Part shown: piece by piece, positions 10,650 through 21,280 of the stretch | Numbering within the stretch: the stretch's first letter is position 1 | Layout: every line of letters starts with the position of its first letter | NCBI GenBank assembly: GCA_903860085.1 | Contig: CAIOPD010000071.1 | Coordinates: forward strand, 1-55,958 | DNA: 55,958 nucleotides | DNA from: an uncultured Pseudomonadota bacterium | GTDB taxonomy: Bacteria > Pseudomonadota > Gammaproteobacteria > Burkholderiales > Methylophilaceae | Reading direction: 5' to 3' | Position numbers and translations under genes: made by a program | The notes under the pieces: model-generated | Database searches by the model: none | What the model was told of the DNA's origin: nothing | What the model saw: only the letters and a program-made list of their open reading frames with translations

Positions 10650-11213
10650 TTAGATTTTGCCTACTAAATCTAATGAAGGCGCTAATGTTTCTGCACCTGG
10701 AGTCCAAGCGGCTGGACATACTTCACCTGGATGTGAAGCTACGTATTGTGCAGCTTGCGCTTTGCGGATTAAATCTTGCGCTGAGCGACCTATACCCAGA
10801 TCATTTACTTCCAAAGCTTTAATAATACCTTCTGGGTTAATCAAAAAAGTACCGCGCAATGCTAATCCTTCTTCTTCAATCATAACTTCGAAGTTACGTG
10901 TAATGGCACCTGTTGGGTCGCCAATCATTGGGTATTTAATTTTACCAATAGTCTCTGATGTGTCATGCCACGCTTTGTGAGTAAAGTGCGTATCGGTAGA
11001 TACAGCATAAATTTCTATACCCATCTTTTGGAATTCTGCGTAATGATCTGCTAAGTCGCCAAGTTCAGTTGGACACACAAATGTGAAGTCTGCTGGGTAA
11101 AATACCACAGCTGACCATTTGCCTTTTAGACTAGCTTCAGTCACTTCTACAAATTTTCCGCCATGGTAAGCTTGTGCTTTAAACGGTTTTATTTCGGTAT
11201 TCACTAAAGACAT
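10650..11213 (-). CDS. ahpC: Alkyl hydroperoxide reductase subunit C (2-Cys peroxiredoxin)
   Basis: [13 protein letters not shown] and GEVCPA. Confidence 0.98.
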   Translation of the reverse strand: MSLVNTEIKPFKAQAYHGGKFVEVTEASLKGKWSAVVFYPADFTFVCPTELGDLADHYAEFQKMGIEIYAVSTDTHFTHKAWHDTSETIGKIKYPMIGDPTGAITRNFEVMIEEEGLALRGTFLINPEGIIKALEVNDLGIGRSAQDLIRKAQAAQYVASHPGEVCPAAWTPGAETLAPSLDLVGKI

Positions 11214-11295
11214 GATGTTTTTCCTTTTGATTGATGAAAGTAGTTTTAATTAAACTTAAGAATTGAATTATAAAGAAGCGCACTAGCTAAATCTA

Positions 11296-11332
11296 ATACT
11301 TGATATCAATGATGGTGATAAATTTAACTTAT
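11296..11332 (-). promoter_or_regulatory. OxyR binding site upstream of ahpC
   Basis: Minus strand ATAA-N7-TTAT-N7-ATTG-N7-GTAT versus consensus ATAG-N7-CTAT-N7-ATAG-N7-CTAT; exact spacing, one mismatch per tetramer. Confidence 0.8.
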
Positions 11333-11371
11333 CAATCATTAATGCGCGATCAAGCGCAGGCACCTAGTCAA

Positions 11372-11689
11372 TTAAGCAGCGGTAACGACGATATCCTGTG
11401 TGGCGGTTTCACCCACATTATCTAGCCAAGTGACAGAGACAATATCGCCCACTTTTGCGCCTTTAAGACGAAATGTTAGGTATGGATTTTTGGCGATACC
11501 CGTTCCCCATTGGGCTTCCAATACGGTTTTACCGTTAAGCGTAGCAGTTACCAATTGCACAAAATGTGCAGGTATTAATTGTCCAAAATCATCTTTTTTT
11601 CGCCCAGTTTCCATCGGGTGACTCATCAACACTTTAACTTCAACTAAACCACCCTTAAGCTGGGCGCGCATTTTCATATTGTCACTCAT
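11372..11689 (-). CDS. soxZ: SoxZ-like sulfur carrier complex protein
   Basis: VKVLMSHPMETGRKKD...IPAHFV...GIAKNPY...WLDN; start at MSDN (11689). Confidence 0.88.
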   Translation of the reverse strand: MSDNMKMRAQLKGGLVEVKVLMSHPMETGRKKDDFGQLIPAHFVQLVTATLNGKTVLEAQWGTGIAKNPYLTFRLKGAKVGDIVSVTWLDNVGETATQDIVVTAA

Positions 11690-11690
11690 G

Positions 11691-12134
11691 TCAGCCACAT
11701 CCATTTTCTAAAACAATCACATTCTTGCTACGAGTAAAAAATTGTGCGCCCGCCTTCACTACCACTTTAATATCTGAAGTTTCGGCCATTTTAATTCGGG
11801 TCACCAAAGAGGGTTCCGTATCGGCACTAAACTCAAAGTGTGCGATTAGCGGGGTAGGGTTTTTTTCTACCAAAATATAAATAGCGTCGGTATTGGCAAG
11901 ATTGCTTTTAATTTCCACCTGCACCACTGCACCATTTTCAGCACGATCGGGGGCAATAATCTGAATATCAGTGCTACTGATTTCATCATGAATGCCTAGT
12001 AATTTGGTAGCCTCTTTAATCTTAGTCGTTTCAAATGCAGGCTTGCTCCAAAGGGCCGCTAGTGCATTCAATGGCTCTAGCAGCAGTGCTGTTGTAGCGC
12101 CAAGTATTAATTTTAAAAAGTTTCTACGTTGCAT
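11691..12134 (-). CDS. soxY: SoxY-like sulfur carrier protein with Tat signal and C-terminal GCG
   Basis: MQRRNFLK twin-arginine signal (start 12134), APDRAENGAVV, EKNPTPL, TRIKMAETS; ends VIVLENGCG. Confidence 0.85.
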   Translation of the reverse strand: MQRRNFLKLILGATTALLLEPLNALAALWSKPAFETTKIKEATKLLGIHDEISSTDIQIIAPDRAENGAVVQVEIKSNLANTDAIYILVEKNPTPLIAHFEFSADTEPSLVTRIKMAETSDIKVVVKAGAQFFTRSKNVIVLENGCG

Positions 12135-13572
12135 TTTTAGCCTTTTTGTCATCACCCAGCATACGGCGCAACTCTTGTAACCGCGCCTCAACGATTGATT
12201 TTTGATAAAAATCACCATCATTGGCTTTTGAAGCCAACTCCATTTGCTCAATAGCGCGCATAAGATCGTACTTTCTATAATACGCCTCACCTAGTGCTTG
12301 ATGGCTTAGCAACACCTTGTTTTGCAGCGTATACGACTTTGCTAACAAGTCGTATAACTTAGCATCGTCAGGATATAAACCTAACTTTTCTTTCACTAAG
12401 GAAATTGCATTTTCAGGCTGCTTAATCGCTACAAAATGTTCAGCATAGCCATAAATCAAAGCCCGACTATCTGGAAATAATTTAAGCGCTGAAGCATATT
12501 CCTTTGCTGCCAATTGCGGATTATTTTCGGCCACTAATAGGTGGGCAGTTAAATTGACAATCATAGCGTGTGAAGGTGCATTTTTCTTCAGCCACGTCAC
12601 TTGCTGCTCGGCTTGATGTAATGCATTTTTTCTTAAATATGCTATCGCCAAACCATAATGTTCAACCGCCTCATTGGTATAGACATGTTCCCGTATATTT
12701 TGTTCGAATACATCAATTGCGCTCTGCACCGAACCATTGCCTGCTTGCAGTTTGGCTCGCACATATTGAAACTCTAGACTATCGGTCACTTGACGATATG
12801 GCATTTGCTCGACGCGATTCGTCACATCTGCAATCCGTTCACTGGTCAATGGATGGGTGCGTAAGAAGCTCGGTGCACTACCCTCTGCAAAACGCGTACC
12901 ACGTTGCAACGTGGTAAAGAAAGCGGGCATACCTCGTACATCAAAACCCCCACTATCCAGTATCTGTAGCCCTATTCGATCCGCTTCACTCTCATGCTCC
13001 CGCGTGTAATCCAATTGGCTTTGCACCCCTACCGCAGAAGCCGTGGTCAACGCGCCACTTGCCAGTTGAGGGTTAGCTCGCGCTACTAGCAGGGCTAAAG
13101 TAATGCCGGCGATATTTTTAAAGATGTCATATTTCTGCGAAGCTAACATACGCGCTAAATGGTGCTGTGTGACGTGACCTATTTCATGGCCCAATACGCT
13201 AGCTAGTTCAGATTCCCTATTAGCCGCCAATATTAATCCAGTATGGACCCCTATCACTCCACCTGGCATAGCAAAGGCATTAATAGTGTTATCTTGCACC
13301 ACAAAAAAAGTAAATTTCTGTTGTTTATTGGGGCTATTGGCCACCAATCTCGTACCCAAAGCTTGCAAGTAATCAGTGATCTCTGGATCTTGAATTACAT
13401 CATCACTAGTTGCGACTTGGCGTAATATTTGCTCCGCAATTGCTTGCTCCTGTAAAGGGGTTAGCACTGTCTGCGAAACATCTCCTAGCTCAGGCAATTC
13501 ATTGCAGTAAGCAGCGTTAGCGGCTATATTAATGACGAGCAGTATTCCAATTCCTATGATCTTTAATTTCAT
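12124..13572 (-). CDS. bepA: M48 metalloprotease with TPR domain (BepA/YfgC)
   Basis: LPELG, INAFAMPGG, HEIGH zinc motif, ESEADRIG, LRTHP; start at MKLKII (13572). Confidence 0.88.
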   Translation of the reverse strand: MKLKIIGIGILLVINIAANAAYCNELPELGDVSQTVLTPLQEQAIAEQILRQVATSDDVIQDPEITDYLQALGTRLVANSPNKQQKFTFFVVQDNTINAFAMPGGVIGVHTGLILAANRESELASVLGHEIGHVTQHHLARMLASQKYDIFKNIAGITLALLVARANPQLASGALTTASAVGVQSQLDYTREHESEADRIGLQILDSGGFDVRGMPAFFTTLQRGTRFAEGSAPSFLRTHPLTSERIADVTNRVEQMPYRQVTDSLEFQYVRAKLQAGNGSVQSAIDVFEQNIREHVYTNEAVEHYGLAIAYLRKNALHQAEQQVTWLKKNAPSHAMIVNLTAHLLVAENNPQLAAKEYASALKLFPDSRALIYGYAEHFVAIKQPENAISLVKEKLGLYPDDAKLYDLLAKSYTLQNKVLLSHQALGEAYYRKYDLMRAIEQMELASKANDGDFYQKSIVEARLQELRRMLGDDKKAKNAT

Positions 13573-13635
13573 TATTGCTATCATAATGACTTTAGGCGGT
13601 GAGTTCACGCCCAATTTATAATTTAAGGTAAATTT

Positions 13636-14127
13636 ATGAGTGATACTCAGCGACAAGAACTCAGCCATTTTGATCAAAGCGGTCAAGCGCATATGGTTGA
13701 TGTTGGCAATAAAGCACACACCAAACGTATCGCTGTAGCTGGCGGGGTTATCAATATGCTACCAAGCACCTTACAGTTAATTAAAAATGGTGATGCCAAA
13801 AAAGGTGATGTATTAGGCATTGCTCGCATTGCCGCAATCCAAGGCTCCAAACGAACTGCAGATTTAATTCCACTCTGCCACCCAATTAGTCTTACCAAGG
13901 TGTCTGTGAGCTTTGATATAGATGAAAAAAATAATTGCATTGCTTGCAAGGTTTCCACAGAAACTACCGGCCCCACTGGCGTTGAAATGGAAGCGCTTAC
14001 AGCCGTTAGTGTCGCCCTACTCACCATTTACGACACGTGCAAAGCCGTAGACCGGGGCATGTGCATAGGTGATATTAAACTATTGGAGAAAAGTGGTGGT
14101 AAGTCTGGGGAATGGATAGCGCGATAG
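13636..14127 (+). CDS. moaC: Cyclic pyranopterin monophosphate synthase
   Basis: [34 protein letters not shown]. Confidence 0.97.
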   Translation: MSDTQRQELSHFDQSGQAHMVDVGNKAHTKRIAVAGGVINMLPSTLQLIKNGDAKKGDVLGIARIAAIQGSKRTADLIPLCHPISLTKVSVSFDIDEKNNCIACKVSTETTGPTGVEMEALTAVSVALLTIYDTCKAVDRGMCIGDIKLLEKSGGKSGEWIAR

Positions 14128-14179
14128 TGAGTGCTAACTTAAAAAGCTAAAGAACGAGCAAAGTCTGAGCTCTAACGAA

Positions 14180-15262
14180 TTAGAGGCAGGCGTATGGCTT
14201 GGAATCAATCGCAGGCGTTTCACCAAACATCAATGATGCAAGCAACTTCGCACTGGCAGGTGCCATAGTCAAGCCATAGCGGAAATGGCCGGTGTTAAGG
14301 AATAAGTTTTCTATGCTTGGGTGCGCCCCGATAGTGGGCAAGTTCTCAGGAGTGCCAGGGCGCAAACCACTCCAATGCTTGATAATTGGGCTACTTCTTA
14401 GTGCGGGCATAATTGCTTCTGCTTTGGCGCTTATTTCAGCACGGACTTCCGCAGTCACAGCAGTATCAAAACCCACATCTTCCAATGTACTTCCCGCAAG
14501 CAGATAACCATCGCGCCGTGGGATCATGTAGAAGCCTTCTCTGTAAACCATTTGCTCTAGATTCTTTTGTGGTTGGTAGAGGAGTATCTGCCCGCGCATA
14601 GGTTTGATATTGAGCTTAGCTGATGTTTCTTTAAGAAGCTCAAAGCTCCACGCACCAGAAGTTACAACGAATTGATCTGCGCTGAGTTTTTCGCCACTGA
14701 CTGTTTGCCATTCGCTCAGTTTGTCTATTTGCTTAAGCGGAATCAGCTCGGTGTGTTCAAGCAGACTAACGTTACTGTTATTTTCTAGCCAGTGACGCAT
14801 GGCTTGCATCATATATGGTGGTCGTATTTGGCATACACTAGGCAACCACAGGGCATCTTCACCGCTAGGTGATTCCACTCCGAATGCTCTAGCTTGCACG
14901 TTCTCTAATGGTACTTGGTGGTTCGTACACCAAGCTACAGCGGCTTCTAGATCAAACTTGGGCAATAACAAAAATCCTGACTGCTCAAAATTGGCATCGA
15001 ACCCTGTTTCTAGAAGCAGACGCTGACTTAAATCGCGATAAAAGTTGGCGCTATTTAGTGTAAGCGCATTGACTGTTTCCGAATATAGCCAAGGTAGCAA
15101 AGGAAAAATGATGCCGCCACCCGCCCACGAAGATTCACCGGAAGTTTGACTGGCAATTTGGTTGCGCTCCACAATACTGACGCGACACCCACGATTAACT
15201 AATTCCATAGCAGTCATGCAACCCACAATCCCGCCGCCAATAATGATTACATGTTTTTTCAT
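14180..15262 (-). CDS. thiO: Glycine oxidase ThiO-like FAD-dependent oxidoreductase
   Basis: GGGIVG, SSWAGGGI, PMRGQ, WSGLRP, GHFRYG. Confidence 0.72.
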   Translation of the reverse strand: MKKHVIIIGGGIVGCMTAMELVNRGCRVSIVERNQIASQTSGESSWAGGGIIFPLLPWLYSETVNALTLNSANFYRDLSQRLLLETGFDANFEQSGFLLLPKFDLEAAVAWCTNHQVPLENVQARAFGVESPSGEDALWLPSVCQIRPPYMMQAMRHWLENNSNVSLLEHTELIPLKQIDKLSEWQTVSGEKLSADQFVVTSGAWSFELLKETSAKLNIKPMRGQILLYQPQKNLEQMVYREGFYMIPRRDGYLLAGSTLEDVGFDTAVTAEVRAEISAKAEAIMPALRSSPIIKHWSGLRPGTPENLPTIGAHPSIENLFLNTGHFRYGLTMAPASAKLLASLMFGETPAIDSKPYACL

Positions 15263-15265
15263 CAC

Positions 15266-17251
15266 TTATTTAGTTGCTACGCGCCCAATCAGCAAGGCAT
15301 TTTGCGCATTAGCTAAGCCAGCAGGTTGGCCTAAAAGAACAATCACATCGCCTTCAGCCAAGTGGCTGGTATCAGTTGGCGTCACGCCATTGCCGTTAGG
15401 CCTACGAATAGATTTCACTTCCACTTCGAAATTATGTAAGTTCATCTCCATCAGACTGCGGCCGATGGCATAGCTACCTGCAGAAATAACCACCGAGTGC
15501 AATCGCACTTGTTTCTTTTCCATATCTTCATCTTCGGCATCAGAAATGCCGTGAAAATAACCCCTGAATAACTTATAGCGTTCCTCACGAAACAAGCGAA
15601 TTCTTTTCACCACTCGATTAAGCGGCACGCCAAGTAACATAAGTGCATGTGAAGCCAGCATTAAGCTGCCTTCTAAAATTTCTGGCACTACTTCAGCTGC
15701 ACCGGCAGCCCGAAGCGCTTCCATATTTGAGTCATCCACAGTACGAACAATTACTGGTAACTGTGGGTAGTTTTCTTGCACTATATGTAAAATCTTCATT
15801 GACGCACGATTATCGGCATAACTGATAATCAAGGCTTTGGCACGAGCACCGCCTGCGGCCTCCAATACCACGCGACGCGCTGCATCCCCAAACATCACAT
15901 TTTCACCAGCAGCAGCAGCCTCCAGCACCCGCGTTGGGTCAATATCCAAAGCCACAAACGGAATGTTTTCTTCTTTTAAAAAGCGGCCTAGATACTGCCC
16001 ACTTCGGCCGTAACCACAAATAATCACATGATTATGTAAGTGCTTACCAACATCATCAATATCTTGTACTACTTGACCGCTATTGCGGCTATAGCTACTG
16101 ACTAGACGACGTGTAATGCGGCCATTGTATTGGATTAAGAATGGCGCTATTACCATAGAAAGGAGAGAGGCTGCCAATATCAACTGCAACGCTTGTCCAC
16201 TAATTAGCTTTTGCTCTACACCCAGCGCCAGGATAACAAAGCTAAACTCTCCAGCTTGCGCTAAAATCAATCCGGTGCGAATGGCCACCCCAGTTTCATA
16301 TTTCACTAATCTGACCACCAAAGCCACGATAGTGGCTTTTAGCAACATGAAGCCGACTAAGATTAGCAAAACAAATCCTATGTTGTCGAAAATTTGCTGC
16401 AGATTAAGCAGCATGCCAACGCTAATAAAAAACAAGCCAAGTAAAATATCGCGGAATGGTGAAATGTCGGACTCCACCTGATAACGATATTTTGTTTCTG
16501 AGATTAACATGCCCGCAATAAATGCGCCCAGCGCGTAAGACAGGCCAGCCAACTTGGTAGCATATGCCAATAACAAAGTCACCATTAGCACGTTCATCAC
16601 AAACAGCTCACGTGAACGCTGGCTCGCCACCAAATTAAACCAAGGGTTAATTAACCACTTGCCAATGGTAAATAAAAATAAAAGCATGGCAGTGGCTTTT
16701 AGCATAGCTAAGCCCAGCACATCCATTAAATTATTATTGGCCAAACCTAAAGCAGGTATCAGCACTAATACTGGAACTACTGCAATATCCTGAAACAACA
16801 GCACACCGATGCTTAATCGGCCGTGGCGCGAATTAAGATCTACACGTTCAGCTAGTATTTTAGAAACAATCGCAGTTGATGACATAGTCAATGCCGAGCC
16901 AATCACAAACGATGCCGGCCAATCCAAGCCTGCCAATTTAGCTATAGCCATAGACACCGCCATAGAAACGACCACCTGTGCCCCACCTAAGCCCAGTACT
17001 TTTTTACGCATAGCGTAGAGTTGCGGCAAACTAAACTCCAAGCCGATACTAAACATTAAAAATACAATGCCGAATTCGGCAAACTCTCGATTTGCATCAG
17101 TATCTGGCAGCAGGCCGAAGGTGTATGGCCCAAGGGCTAAGCCCACCAAAAAGTATGCCAGCATGGCGGGCAGACGGAATGCCCGAAACATCGCCACACA
17201 AAGTACTGAGCAGACGAGCAGAATCAAAATTAAGGGTAAAGTTTGGTACAT
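15266..17251 (-). CDS. CPA2 (Kef-type) monovalent cation:proton antiporter with TrkA-N and TrkA-C domains
   Basis: FSIGLEFS, LLFQDIA, LGAFIAG, QAGEFSF, GYGRSGQ. Confidence 0.9.
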   Translation of the reverse strand: MYQTLPLILILLVCSVLCVAMFRAFRLPAMLAYFLVGLALGPYTFGLLPDTDANREFAEFGIVFLMFSIGLEFSLPQLYAMRKKVLGLGGAQVVVSMAVSMAIAKLAGLDWPASFVIGSALTMSSTAIVSKILAERVDLNSRHGRLSIGVLLFQDIAVVPVLVLIPALGLANNNLMDVLGLAMLKATAMLLFLFTIGKWLINPWFNLVASQRSRELFVMNVLMVTLLLAYATKLAGLSYALGAFIAGMLISETKYRYQVESDISPFRDILLGLFFISVGMLLNLQQIFDNIGFVLLILVGFMLLKATIVALVVRLVKYETGVAIRTGLILAQAGEFSFVILALGVEQKLISGQALQLILAASLLSMVIAPFLIQYNGRITRRLVSSYSRNSGQVVQDIDDVGKHLHNHVIICGYGRSGQYLGRFLKEENIPFVALDIDPTRVLEAAAAGENVMFGDAARRVVLEAAGGARAKALIISYADNRASMKILHIVQENYPQLPVIVRTVDDSNMEALRAAGAAEVVPEILEGSLMLASHALMLLGVPLNRVVKRIRLFREERYKLFRGYFHGISDAEDEDMEKKQVRLHSVVISAGSYAIGRSLMEMNLHNFEVEVKSIRRPNGNGVTPTDTSHLAEGDVIVLLGQPAGLANAQNALLIGRVATK

Positions 17252-17540
17252 ATGTTTTGTGTCAGGCTATTATTTTTTGTTGTGCTCTATTGTTTCACAT
17301 CAATAGGCTTATTAAAAAAATATTTTTCCTAGCAATTTAAGACCGCTAATCTGCCATGTATATAGTGCGACGGTGTCATCGACAAGTTAAGCATTAGCAA
17401 AATCTGTGCCTAAACTTAAGGTAATTTAATACATTGCATGCAAAATCTGCTATTTAGTCTCTCTTTAGGCTTTATAAGTGCAACGTTCCCTTTTATACTG
17501 ACTGCAATTCATGGCAAATTTAATAGGCTAATTTAACCCA

Positions 17541-18557
17541 ATGTCATCTTCAGTGAACAAACCACAGCTCTTAGGCGCTTTGCAACCCAAGTCAAATACG
17601 ACGTTGGATTTGGCGCGCGATATTCTGCAGTTAGAAGCACGAGAAATAGAGGCCTTGGCCTTGCGCTTAGATGACCATTTCACAGCGGCTGTGAGCCTTA
17701 TTTTAAAATGCCAAGGTCGTGTTGTAGTTAGTGGCATGGGTAAATCTGGCCATATCGGTGGAAAAATAGCCTCTACGCTTGCAAGTACAGGTACGCCTGC
17801 TTTCTTCATGCATCCCGCTGAGGCTAGTCATGGTGATTTGGGCATGATTACCGCTGGTGATATTGTCATTGCGTTGTCTAACTCTGGCGAAAGCGATGAA
17901 ATTTTAGCCATCGTGCCTCCGCTGAAACGCTTAGGCGCAAGTATTATTGCTATTACTGGGAACGATGACTCCACCTTAGCTCAAGCCGCCGATATTCATT
18001 TAAGTGCGCATGTAAGCAAGGAAGCATGCCCGCTTGGCTTAGCCCCCACTTCAAGTACTACTGTCGCACTAGCGTTAGGCGATGCGCTAGCTTTATGTGT
18101 ATTAGATCAGCGTGAATTTACCGCCGAAGATTTTGCACGCTCGCATCCTGGCGGCAGCATAGGCCGACGCCTTCTGGTACATGTCAGTGACTTAATGCGC
18201 AGCGGTGATAAAATTCCGAAAGTGTTAGCCAACGCGCCTCTAACACAAGGTTTGCTAGAAATGTCACGAAAGGGGCTAGGCTTAACTGCCGTTGTTGATG
18301 CCAACGATATGCCGATAGGCATTTTTACTGATGGCGATTTACGCCGCGCTTTTGAAAAGAATGTTAACGTGTCAAACGCTAGCATTGCCGATGTAATGCA
18401 TCCCAACCCCTTCACCATCAATCAAGATCAATTGGCCATCACGGCAGTAGAAATTATGGAGCAACGCAAAATTAATGCACTACTAGTGACTAATGATAAC
18501 GGTGCTTTAGTCGGTGCCCTAAATATGCACGATCTTTTATTAGCCAAGGTAGTGTAA
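17541..18557 (+). CDS. kdsD: Arabinose-5-phosphate isomerase (KpsF/GutQ family)
   Basis: GMGKSGHIG, EASHGDLG, LAPTSST, HPGG, CBS pair. Confidence 0.95.
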   Translation: MSSSVNKPQLLGALQPKSNTTLDLARDILQLEAREIEALALRLDDHFTAAVSLILKCQGRVVVSGMGKSGHIGGKIASTLASTGTPAFFMHPAEASHGDLGMITAGDIVIALSNSGESDEILAIVPPLKRLGASIIAITGNDDSTLAQAADIHLSAHVSKEACPLGLAPTSSTTVALALGDALALCVLDQREFTAEDFARSHPGGSIGRRLLVHVSDLMRSGDKIPKVLANAPLTQGLLEMSRKGLGLTAVVDANDMPIGIFTDGDLRRAFEKNVNVSNASIADVMHPNPFTINQDQLAITAVEIMEQRKINALLVTNDNGALVGALNMHDLLLAKVV

Positions 18558-18563
18558 AGCGTA

Positions 18564-19124
18564 ATGACAATTTCAAATCTAGATGCTGCATTACTAAAGC
18601 GCTTTAAAAACATCAAATTACTGGTACTTGATGTAGATGGGGTGATGACCGATGGGGGCCTTACCTTGGGCGATGACGGTCAAGAATATAAAACTTTTCA
18701 TACACATGACGGCTTAGGGATGAAGTTACTGAAAGCTAGTGGGGTAGATTTAGCCATTATTACTGGTCGTACTTCTAGTGTGGTTAAGAAACGTGCTGAG
18801 AGTACTGGTGTCGGGCATTTTTACCAAGGTGCAGAAGATAAATTAGAGGCTTTTAATGACCTGATTAGCACCTGTGGATTAAAGGCAGAACAATGTGCTT
18901 TTATGGGTGACGATGTAGTGGATTTGCCACCCATGCTGGTCAGTGGGCTGGCCATTGCTGTACCGGCCTCAGCAGCCCTAGTGCTCAAGCATGCGCATTA
19001 TGTTACTAAAAAATCTGGTGGTTTCGGTGCTGTCCGCGAAGTATGTGAACTAATCATGCAAGCACAAGGCACTTTTGATAATCAAATGCAGCAGTTCTTA
19101 ACTCGAGCCCACATTTCAAATTAA
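18564..19124 (+). CDS. kdsC: KDO 8-phosphate phosphatase
   Basis: LDVDGVMTDG, MGDDVVD, GAVREVCE. Confidence 0.95.
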   Translation: MTISNLDAALLKRFKNIKLLVLDVDGVMTDGGLTLGDDGQEYKTFHTHDGLGMKLLKASGVDLAIITGRTSSVVKKRAESTGVGHFYQGAEDKLEAFNDLISTCGLKAEQCAFMGDDVVDLPPMLVSGLAIAVPASAALVLKHAHYVTKKSGGFGAVREVCELIMQAQGTFDNQMQQFLTRAHISN

Positions 19125-19166
19125 ACCGACTATGGCTTCAGTAATATCTAAACTAAAAGTTACAGT

Positions 19167-19844
19167 ATGAAAACGACCGTGCGCCCAGCACTATTATTTC
19201 CATTACTACTGCTATCCATGCTCGCCCTATTAACATTTTGGATTAATAAAACAGTCCAGCCATCTCCGCCTAAGATTGATGGTAGCAGTCGCCATGACCC
19301 TGATTATATTATGAGTAACTTTGTGACTAAGCAAACTGACATCAATGGTAATCTGCACTTTCAATTAGCTGCAGTTGAAATGCGCCATTTCCCAGATGAC
19401 GATAGCACCTATTTGCAACGTCCTCGCTACACCCAATTTACAATAGGAAAAGCTCCCACTCAAGTAGAAGCCCTACGTGGGATAGTGTCGGCCGATGGTG
19501 AAAAAGTGGAGCTATTCGGTAATGTAAAAATCACACGCCCAGCTTTTGCTGGTAAGGGCGAGAGCACGCTAGACACTGATCATCTGAATATTTTTCCTAA
19601 CCAAGACATAGTGCGTACCGAAAGCCCCGTCATCATTCGACAGGCGCCTAAGACTGTTGTTTATGGTACAGGTATGCTTTATGAAAAGAAATTAGGCACG
19701 GTAACTTTGTTTCATAAAGTACGTGCACATTATGAAAAATCCTCGCCGAGTAAAGCGGCATCGCAACACAGCTTAGCTAAAGCTAACACAACACACATCC
19801 CAACTAATACCAACAATACGCGCACTCGGAGACGCTATGAGTAA
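19167..19844 (+). CDS. lptC: LPS export ABC transporter periplasmic protein LptC
   Basis: N-terminal TM, HDPDY motif, position kdsC-lptC-lptA. Confidence 0.9.
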   Translation: MKTTVRPALLFPLLLLSMLALLTFWINKTVQPSPPKIDGSSRHDPDYIMSNFVTKQTDINGNLHFQLAAVEMRHFPDDDSTYLQRPRYTQFTIGKAPTQVEALRGIVSADGEKVELFGNVKITRPAFAGKGESTLDTDHLNIFPNQDIVRTESPVIIRQAPKTVVYGTGMLYEKKLGTVTLFHKVRAHYEKSSPSKAASQHSLAKANTTHIPTNTNNTRTRRRYE

Positions 19845-20505
19845 ATATTTAAGCACCCCATGGTTAAAGCTAAGCACAAGCTTAGTGATTTTAGCCTTAT
19901 CAATATCAGGGTATTCTGGTTGCGCGTTCGCTGAAGCCGCAGATCGTGACAAACCTATTGATTTGGAGGCAGACTCAGTCAAAGTAGATGACGCTAAACA
20001 TACCAGCACTTATTTCGGCAACGTGATTTTGACTAAAGGCACAATCATCATTCACGCCGATAAGCTCATCGTACGCGAGGATCAAGAAGGTTTTCAGCAC
20101 AGCAGTTCTTTTGGAAATCCGACCACATTCAAGCAAAAACGTGAAGGCAAAAACGAATATATTGAAGGAAGCTCACAACGCATAGAATACGATGCCCGTA
20201 TGGATAAAGTGCAGCTTTACACCAAAGCATGGGTCAAGCGCGGTGAGGATATTGTGCATGGCGACTACATCATGTATGACGCGAATGCTGAGTATGCTGA
20301 AGTCATTGGTGGTGGCCCAAAGTCAGCAACCGCAGGCGTTCCGAGCGGTCGGGTGCGCGCGATTATTCAACCTAAGAACAAACAAGCACCAGACACTGGT
20401 GCTGATAATACAAAAAATAATACTAATGCCAAACCTGCGCCACTAACTGCGCCTAATAACAACCCTGCTACGCTTAAAGACTCTCACCTTAGCGAGGGCA
20501 AATAA
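19837..20505 (+). CDS. lptA: LPS transport periplasmic protein LptA
   Basis: DRDKPIDLEAD, GNVILTKG, GRVRAIIQP. Confidence 0.92.
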   Translation: MSKYLSTPWLKLSTSLVILALSISGYSGCAFAEAADRDKPIDLEADSVKVDDAKHTSTYFGNVILTKGTIIIHADKLIVREDQEGFQHSSSFGNPTTFKQKREGKNEYIEGSSQRIEYDARMDKVQLYTKAWVKRGEDIVHGDYIMYDANAEYAEVIGGGPKSATAGVPSGRVRAIIQPKNKQAPDTGADNTKNNTNAKPAPLTAPNNNPATLKDSHLSEGK

Positions 20506-20557
20506 TGACAATGTCTTACTACTTATCAACTACAGATTAAATTAAGAATCGACCATC

Positions 20558-21280
20558 ATGAGCGAACTCATTGTAGAAAATTTACGAAAGTCATATAAAG
20601 CCCGTACCGTGGTGCAAGATATTTCCTTGCACTTAAAAAGCGGTGAGGTAGTTGGCTTGCTTGGCCCAAATGGCGCAGGTAAAACCACAAGTTTTTATAT
20701 GATGGTAGGTTTGGTACCCTTGGATGCTGGCAGCATTTTTCTTGACGGCAAAGACTTAAGCCACATGCCCATTCACATGCGCGCGCGCATGGGGCTATCT
20801 TACCTTCCTCAAGAGCCTTCTATCTTTCGCAAACTCACTGTTGCTGAGAATATTATGGCAGTGCTGGAGCTTCAAGACATGTCTGAAAAAGATATGGATG
20901 AGAAGCTCGAATCTCTTCTAGAGGAACTCCATATCACTCATATTCGTGACAATCCAGCAATCAGTTTATCGGGCGGCGAACGACGTCGTGTAGAAATCGC
21001 TCGCTGCCTAGCGTCAGATCCCAGTTTTATTTTGCTCGACGAGCCCTTTGCTGGCATAGACCCCATTGCAGTTATTGATATACAAAAAATTATTCGGTTT
21101 CTAACTGCCCGTAATATCGGCGTTCTCATTACAGACCACAATGTGCGCGAGACTTTGGGCATTTGCGACCGCGCTTACATTGTTAATCAAGGTCATGTAT
21201 TTGCCTCTGGCCTGCCTAGTGAGATTGTCAATAACGAGAGTGTGCGCGAAGTGTATTTGGGGAAAAATTTCCGCCTATGA
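20558..21280 (+). CDS. lptB: LPS export ABC transporter ATPase
   Basis: [36 protein letters not shown]. Confidence 0.97.
   Translation: MSELIVENLRKSYKARTVVQDISLHLKSGEVVGLLGPNGAGKTTSFYMMVGLVPLDAGSIFLDGKDLSHMPIHMRARMGLSYLPQEPSIFRKLTVAENIMAVLELQDMSEKDMDEKLESLLEELHITHIRDNPAISLSGGERRRVEIARCLASDPSFILLDEPFAGIDPIAVIDIQKIIRFLTARNIGVLITDHNVRETLGICDRAYIVNQGHVFASGLPSEIVNNESVREVYLGKNFRL

Noticed and set aside
11372-12134. Evidence that the organism oxidises thiosulfate
   Set aside because: SoxYZ alone is insufficient and no soxAXB lies in the window.
12135-13719. Long N-terminal extensions of soxY and bepA (likewise purM, hda, DUF4390 and the TonB receptor) in the ORF track
   Set aside because: They arise from choosing the most upstream start; signal peptides and overlaps with neighbours indicate later starts.
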